The position numbers and the translations under genes are program-made. This document shows positions 59,255-64,000 of a stretch of DNA of 64,000 bases, in pieces. The number at the start of each line of letters is the position of its first letter. Positions within the stretch are counted from its first letter, which is position 1. Location: positions 263,343 to 327,342 of the forward strand of contig BPJB01000001.1 in the NCBI GenBank assembly GCA_026004395.1, read 5' to 3'. The notes under the pieces were generated by a model. That model worked only from the letters and a program-made list of their open reading frames with translations, had not been told where the DNA came from and did no database searches. The stretch comes from Patescibacteria group bacterium (GTDB lineage: Bacteria > Patescibacteriota > Microgenomatia > Levybacterales > UBA12049).

Positions 59255-59914
59255 ATGTCTTTTTCTTCTTCAACTTCTCTTAAAGTAGAGAGTTTTTTCA
59301 CACAGTATAAATTTATAAGATATAAAAAAGATGAGATCCTTTTTCGCGCAGAAGATACACCACCGGGAGTTTATTATTTAAAAAGTGGTTTTGTCAAGCA
59401 GTATATTGTTTCTAAAGAAGGTAGCGAGTTAATACTTCACATATATGGTCCAGGATCTTTTTTTCCAATGATGTGGGTAATTGGAGAGGTACCCAATGAA
59501 TATTTCTATACTGCAATGACAGCTTGCACAACATTTCGAGCGCCAACGGATAAAACAAGACAATTTTTGGTGGAGAATCCTGATGTGGTTTTTGATTTGA
59601 CAAAAAGATTGTATTTGGGAGTTGATGGATTGCTAAAGCGAATCGAAGATCTCTCTCTTGGAACTGCTTATACACAAGTAATCTCTGTACTGCTTTACCT
59701 GGCGCAACATTTTGGTAAGAGATGGGGGAAGAGCATAGTGATACCTTATAAATTCACCCATCAGGATATTTCAGCAATTATGGGAACTGTTCGTGAGACA
59801 GCTACCAGAGAATTAGATAAATTGGTGAGAGAAAAACTTATTCTTTACGAAAAACATTCTATCATTATTCCAGACATAGAGAGACTTCGAAAAAAGCACA
59901 CCTTTAGAAGATAA
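59255..59914 (+). CDS. Crp/Fnr family transcriptional regulator
   Basis: N-terminal cNMP-binding beta-roll (GVYYLKSGFVKQY...GPGSFFPMM). C-terminal HTH (HQDISAIMGTVRETATRELDKL). Confidence 0.8.
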   Translation: MSFSSSTSLKVESFFTQYKFIRYKKDEILFRAEDTPPGVYYLKSGFVKQYIVSKEGSELILHIYGPGSFFPMMWVIGEVPNEYFYTAMTACTTFRAPTDKTRQFLVENPDVVFDLTKRLYLGVDGLLKRIEDLSLGTAYTQVISVLLYLAQHFGKRWGKSIVIPYKFTHQDISAIMGTVRETATRELDKLVREKLILYEKHSIIIPDIERLRKKHTFRR

Positions 59915-59925
59915 TTCTACTATTC

Positions 59926-59941
59926 TGTGATATCTGTTACA
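59926..59941 (+). promoter_or_regulatory. Second CRP/FNR-like site TGTGA-N6-TTACA upstream of hsp20
   Basis: TGTGATATCTGTTACA shares the same half-sites as the site at 59198. It lies 84 bp upstream of the hsp20 ATG, with a possible -10 TGTAAT at 59965-59970. Confidence 0.45.
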
Positions 59942-60024
59942 TTTTTTCTGTGATAAATATCATTGTAATCTGTTCCTTTTTCCTTTTATAGTGGTTTCGT
60001 GGTAGAAGAAAGGAGGTGAGAGGT

Positions 60025-60465
60025 ATGGCAGATAGTTTATTACCACGAAGGCTATGGAGTCTTCCAACAATTACTTTTCCCTCACTTCTTGAAGATGTGT
60101 TTGAAGAGGTAGAAGAGTTGGTTCCGGCAACCATCTGGCCTTCGACTACTTATCTACAAGGGTTAAGTATATCAGAAGATGATAAAAATGTATATGTAGA
60201 AGCAGCAGTTCCAGGTGTTGATCCCAAAGAAATTGAAGTAACATATGAAAATGGTGTCTTGACCATCCGTGGTGAAAAAAAGGAAGAAGAAAAAGGAAAG
60301 ACATTTAGAAGAAGAGCAACAAGATCTTTCTTCTATCGGATATCACCTGGAGACGTTGATCCTAATAAAGAGCCAGAGGCAGTATGCAAAAACGGTGTAA
60401 TGACTGTTACTTTTGCCAAAGTGCCAGAGGCCAAACCCAAAAAAATTGCAGTCAAAACTGCATAA
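60025..60465 (+). CDS. Small heat shock protein Hsp20 (alpha-crystallin domain)
   Basis: ACD pattern (DDKNVYVEAAVPGVDPKEIEVTYENGVLTIRGEK...RSFFYRISPG...GVMTVTFAK). An AGGAGGTGA SD precedes the ATG at 60025. The ORF track begins at an upstream GTG (60016). Confidence 0.85.
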   Translation: MADSLLPRRLWSLPTITFPSLLEDVFEEVEELVPATIWPSTTYLQGLSISEDDKNVYVEAAVPGVDPKEIEVTYENGVLTIRGEKKEEEKGKTFRRRATRSFFYRISPGDVDPNKEPEAVCKNGVMTVTFAKVPEAKPKKIAVKTA

Positions 60466-60472
60466 CTGAATA

Positions 60473-60526
60473 CATGCTGGCAGACAGAATATGTTTGCAA
60501 TGCAATCGAGGCAGTCTGCCAGCATG
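60473..60526 (+). other. GC-rich 13-bp inverted repeat with 28-nt loop downstream of hsp20
   Basis: CATGCTGGCAGAC ... GTCTGCCAGCATG form perfect 13-bp arms 8 nt after the hsp20 stop. There is no U-tract afterwards. Confidence 0.35.
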
Positions 60527-60567
60527 AAGAATTTATCTATAGCGATGTATTGTGTTAATAAAAGTAT

Positions 60568-60921
60568 ATGGAAAAGATATATATTCATACAACAAAAAAT
60601 AAAGAAGTTGTTGATGTTACGGATCATATTAATAAAATACTTGCTGGGAAAAAGAGAGAGGGCATCTGCCATTTATTTCTCCCACATTCAACTGCGGGAT
60701 TAACAACAGCAATCGATAATAATAACTATGAACTTGATCTTATAGATGCTTTTAATATAGCACTTCCGCATTTTAAAGAATTTGGACAAAGATATACACA
60801 GAGTCATATTTACAACCGTCTTCCTGATCATATAATCTCATCATTTCTAGGTACATCGTTATCAGTTCCAGTAATTGGTAAGAAAAGTGCATTGAGTGAA
60901 TTTCAGTGTTGTACTTGTTGA
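60568..60921 (+). CDS. YjbQ/UPF0047 family protein (secondary thiamine-phosphate synthase-like)
   Basis: VTDHINKIL...GICHLFLPHSTAGLTTAIDNN...LGTSLSVPVIGKKSALSEFQ matches the YjbQ pattern. Confidence 0.7.
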   Translation: MEKIYIHTTKNKEVVDVTDHINKILAGKKREGICHLFLPHSTAGLTTAIDNNNYELDLIDAFNIALPHFKEFGQRYTQSHIYNRLPDHIISSFLGTSLSVPVIGKKSALSEFQCCTC

Positions 60922-60976
60922 GTTGAATGGACCGCGTAAGCGTATGTTATGGATAGAATATGAGTAAGGAGAAAAT

Positions 60977-62620
60977 ATGTATTTCAAGAATCGCCAAGAA
61001 GCAGGAAAACTGCTGGCACAAAAGTTAAAAAAATATAAAGGAAAAAATGTCGTTGTTTATGCTCTTCCCCGAGGAGGAGTCGTAACGGCTGTGGAGATAG
61101 CAAAGTACCTTAATGCTCCACTAGATCTTATTATCACTAGGAAAATTGGACACCCCTACAATCCGGAGTATGCGATTGCTGCAGTAGCTGAAAATGGCGA
61201 CCTCATCGGTTCAGAAAGAGAGCTTGAGTTGGTTGATAAAGAATGGCTGAGAAAAGAGATTGAGCATCAAAGATTGGAAGTAAAACGCAGGAGAGAAAAA
61301 TATCTTGCAGGAAGAGAAGAGATAACTGCTGAGGGCAAAACTGCAATTCTTGTTGATGATGGAGTTGCAACAGGACTTACCCTGCGTGCAGGTATTAGGG
61401 AGCTTTTACAGCGACATCCACAAAAAATTGTTGTTGCTGTTCCTGTTATTCCTATTTCTACAGCAGAGATCATTAAAAAAGAAGCAGAAGAGCTAGTAGC
61501 TCTTACTATTCCATCAGATAATGAGTTCTTAGGTTCAGTCGGAGCATACTATGAGGACTTCTCACCAGTAGAAGATGAAGAGGTGATAAAAATACTCAAA
61601 GCATATGATAGACAAAGAAAGGAAAAAGCAAAACAGATTTCATCGCCAATAGTAGCTGAGCAGATTGATCCGATACTTTTTTCTTTTTCTACTCATAAAT
61701 ATATGGTTGAAAAATTAAAGGAAATACCTAATCTTAGTATTGGGAAATTTGATCTAGAACGTTTTCCCAATAGAGAACTACATCTTATACTACATACTCA
61801 TGTGGCAGAGAGAGAGTGTATAGTTCTTGGATCTATTGCACCAGCCGAGGAGAATCTTGTTTCTTTTCTTCTTTTATGTCATACACTAAAAAAAGAAGAT
61901 GCTCATAATATAACTGCAGTGCTTCCTTATCTTGCTTACTCACGTCAAGATAAGAAAGAATACCAACGAAGCTATGCTACAGCATTGATAGGTGACTTGC
62001 TTAAGGCTTCAGGAGTAGATCAAGTTATTACTGTTGATGTTCATAGTTTGCATATAAAACAACTTTATCCAATTCCTCTGATCTCACTCTCACCAGCCAA
62101 AATTTTGGCAGAAGAAGTGCGAAAACTGAACATCAAAGATATAACAATTGTTGCTCCCGATGAAGGTGCAATCAAGCGTGCAGAGGCAGTCAGGAGAGAG
62201 GCAGGGATTAAAAATGAACTTGCATATGTAATCAAAAAACGAACGGCAAATGGTCTAAAGCTGTTAGAACTTCATGGAAAACTCAGTAAGACTGTGGCCA
62301 TCGTTGATGATATTTTGGATACTGGGAAAACTCTTCTTGCCTGCTGTAAAAAACTCCAAGAAAAAGGAGTACAAAACATTTATATTATGGTAACTCATGG
62401 CCTTTTTAGTGGAAAAGAATGGGAAGAACTCTGGAATTATGGAGTAAAACGAATTTATTGTACAGATACACTTCCATTGCCACGACAGGTATCTTCAAAA
62501 AATATTACTGTTCTCTCGATTATCCCCCTTCTCGTTGAAGAATTAAAAGAGGAATATGCAGGAGTATTTACTATTGAAAAAAAAGATAGATATAGTTTTT
62601 TTGATTATGACGAACCATGA
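60977..62620 (+). CDS. Fusion: type I phosphoribosyltransferase domain + ribose-phosphate pyrophosphokinase (PRPP synthetase)
   Basis: The N-terminal ~215 aa carry FKNRQEAGKLLAQKL...VVYALPRGGVVTAVEIAKYLNAPLDLIITRKIGHP...AILVDDGVATGLTLRAG (PRTase PF00156-type). The C-terminal ~310 aa carry Prs motifs (ITAVLPYLAYSRQDKK, VDVHSLHIKQLYPIP, IVAPDEGAIKRAEAV, AIVDDILDTGKTL, THGLFSG). Confidence 0.8.
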   Translation: MYFKNRQEAGKLLAQKLKKYKGKNVVVYALPRGGVVTAVEIAKYLNAPLDLIITRKIGHPYNPEYAIAAVAENGDLIGSERELELVDKEWLRKEIEHQRLEVKRRREKYLAGREEITAEGKTAILVDDGVATGLTLRAGIRELLQRHPQKIVVAVPVIPISTAEIIKKEAEELVALTIPSDNEFLGSVGAYYEDFSPVEDEEVIKILKAYDRQRKEKAKQISSPIVAEQIDPILFSFSTHKYMVEKLKEIPNLSIGKFDLERFPNRELHLILHTHVAERECIVLGSIAPAEENLVSFLLLCHTLKKEDAHNITAVLPYLAYSRQDKKEYQRSYATALIGDLLKASGVDQVITVDVHSLHIKQLYPIPLISLSPAKILAEEVRKLNIKDITIVAPDEGAIKRAEAVRREAGIKNELAYVIKKRTANGLKLLELHGKLSKTVAIVDDILDTGKTLLACCKKLQEKGVQNIYIMVTHGLFSGKEWEELWNYGVKRIYCTDTLPLPRQVSSKNITVLSIIPLLVEELKEEYAGVFTIEKKDRYSFFDYDEP

Positions 62621-63252
62621 ATGAAATAAAAAAATTAATACAACTACCAGTCAACAATGAAACACTTGAAGGTATGCTAGTAATTCCGTCTCAGGCTAAA
62701 GGCATGGTGCTCTTTGCACATGGAAGCGGAAGCAGTAGATTATCACCACGTAATAATTTTGTTGCAGCAGTTTTACAGAGAGCAGGCATAGGAACATTAT
62801 TAATAGATTTACTCACAGAAGATGAAGACAAGGTTTATGAAACTCGCTTTGATATCGATCTTTTAACCAGGAGGCTGATTGATATTATTAATTGGCTTCA
62901 AAAACAACCAGAAACAAAAGACTTAACCATAGGTATCTTTGGTGCAAGTACAGGTGCTGCAGCTGCTCTTATGGCTGCCGCTCATTTAAAAAACAACATT
63001 CGTGCTCTTGTTTCACGAGGAGGAAGACCAGATTTAGCAATGGAAGTTCTTGAAAAAGTAGTATCTCCAACATTACTTATAGTAGGAGGAAATGATTATG
63101 GTGTTATCGAGCTTAATGAGCGTGCATATAAACGTCTTCAGTGTGAGAAAAAATTAGAGATAATACCAGGCGCAACACATCTTTTTGAAGAGAAAGGAGC
63201 ATTAGAAAAAGTCGCAAAACTTGCCGCTAAATGGTTTGGTAGGTATTTATGA
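62617..63252 (+). CDS. Dienelactone hydrolase-family alpha/beta hydrolase
   Basis: GMVLFAHGSGSSRLSPRN and a nucleophile elbow GIFGASTGAAAAL. It overlaps the upstream fusion gene (ATGA). Confidence 0.75.
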   Translation: MNEIKKLIQLPVNNETLEGMLVIPSQAKGMVLFAHGSGSSRLSPRNNFVAAVLQRAGIGTLLIDLLTEDEDKVYETRFDIDLLTRRLIDIINWLQKQPETKDLTIGIFGASTGAAAALMAAAHLKNNIRALVSRGGRPDLAMEVLEKVVSPTLLIVGGNDYGVIELNERAYKRLQCEKKLEIIPGATHLFEEKGALEKVAKLAAKWFGRYL

Positions 63253-64000
63253 CAGCCAAGAAATTAAAAATAGCTATGATTGCTCCAATTACAGAACGTG
63301 TCCCTCCAAAAAAATATGGAGGGATTGAGCGCGTAGTTCATGCCCTAACAGAAGAACTAGTTAGGAGAGGTCACTCTGTAACCCTTTTTGCAACGGGTGA
63401 TAGTATTACTTCAGCAAAACTTGAATATGTTTATCCTCGTGCTCTAAGGGAAGCAAAAATAAAAGAATTACATGGATTTCATGAATGGACTATTTATCAC
63501 ATCCTTTCAGCTTATATGCAACAGCAAAAGTTCGATATCATTCATGATCACAATAGTCTTTGGGGATTGCTTCCAGCACAGTTTGCAAAGACACCAACGG
63601 TGATAACACTTCATGGTCCGATTACTCCTAACAATCGCAGATTGTATGAGAAAGTTACTACTCCATATCTTGTAGCAATCTCTAAGTCCCAATCTCAACA
63701 CGTTCCAAGTATTAAAATTACAGATACCATATATAATGGGCTTCCTTTAGAGAACCATCCCTTTGGTAAAACACATAAAGGATATTTGCTTTTTGTAGGT
63801 AGAATATCTATGGAAAAGGGAACACATTATGCGATTGACGTAGCCTCCGATCTTCATCTTCCACTTATTATTGCAGCTAAGCTAGATGAAGTGGACAGAG
63901 AGTATTTTAAGGAATACATTGAGCCAAGAATTAATGGTGAGCAAATAAGATGGATTGGAGAGGTAGATGAGGTAGAGCGTAATAAATTGATGAGTGGTGC
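63249..64000 (+). CDS. Glycosyltransferase family 4 (partial, 3' end beyond window)
   Basis: KIAMIAPITERVPPKKYGGIERVVHALTEELVRRGHSVTLFATGDS is a GT4 N-terminal domain. There is no stop codon before the window end. Confidence 0.75.
   Translation, partial: MTAKKLKIAMIAPITERVPPKKYGGIERVVHALTEELVRRGHSVTLFATGDSITSAKLEYVYPRALREAKIKELHGFHEWTIYHILSAYMQQQKFDIIHDHNSLWGLLPAQFAKTPTVITLHGPITPNNRRLYEKVTTPYLVAISKSQSQHVPSIKITDTIYNGLPLENHPFGKTHKGYLLFVGRISMEKGTHYAIDVASDLHLPLIIAAKLDEVDREYFKEYIEPRINGEQIRWIGEVDEVERNKLMSG

Overview
This 64 kb window is low-GC, gene-dense bacterial DNA with coding on both strands. It uses the standard genetic code: TGA is a stop, for example at the ends of prfB and sufS, and RF2 is present. 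Several features suggest a small-genome Patescibacteria/CPR-like organism; this is inference only. They are a truncated TsaB, a DUF5679 zinc ribbon, PT-rich linkers in secreted proteins, many SD-less or leaderless starts, and a bacterial AspRS without the GAD insertion.

Gene content, in window order:
- RF2 (prfB).
- FtsE, FtsX and an EnvC-like coiled-coil protein whose C-terminal LytM/M23 domain appears circularly permuted.
- t6A genes tsaE (apparently frameshifted), tsaC and a short tsaB.
- A CAP-domain membrane protein.
- A roughly 16 kb surface-glycan locus: three GT2 genes, the CDP-hexose pathway (RfbF, RfbG, an RmlC-like epimerase and a reductase), Ugd plus UDP-xylose synthase, Gmd plus a reductase, a Dpm1-like GT2 fused to a GtrA domain, and a GT39/ArnT-like transferase.
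- A minus-strand three-gene operon of unknowns that includes a 604-aa tail-anchored coiled-coil protein.
- A SUF operon (sufCBD-sufS-sufU) with an embedded frameshifted histidine-phosphatase gene, a ferredoxin and a small zinc-ribbon ORF.
- YjjX, Nth, KorAB, a DUF5679 gene, DUF4446, DUF3048, SecDF, a NUDIX hydrolase, YqeY, a stand-alone Clp D2-like AAA+ ATPase, the CCA-adding enzyme, RecJ, AspRS, a DacA-like carboxypeptidase, GltX, a PAP2-like protein and DgkA.
- tRNA-Gln(CUG), followed by a 650-bp noncoding gap.
- A metzincin-like protease, a bPH membrane protein and a ClpP-class membrane protease.
- An HPF (ribosome hibernation factor) domain fused to protein-L-isoaspartate O-methyltransferase, next to an unknown 269-aa protein.
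- A Crp/Fnr regulator and a divergent Hsp20 that share TGTGA-N6-TTACA sites.
- YjbQ, a PRTase-Prs (PRPP synthetase) fusion followed by a dienelactone hydrolase, and a partial GT4.

No CRISPR array, rRNA, transposase or integrase was seen. All functional calls rest on motifs read directly from the provided translations. No database searches were run. Manually indexed coordinates for small elements may be off by about 1 nt.
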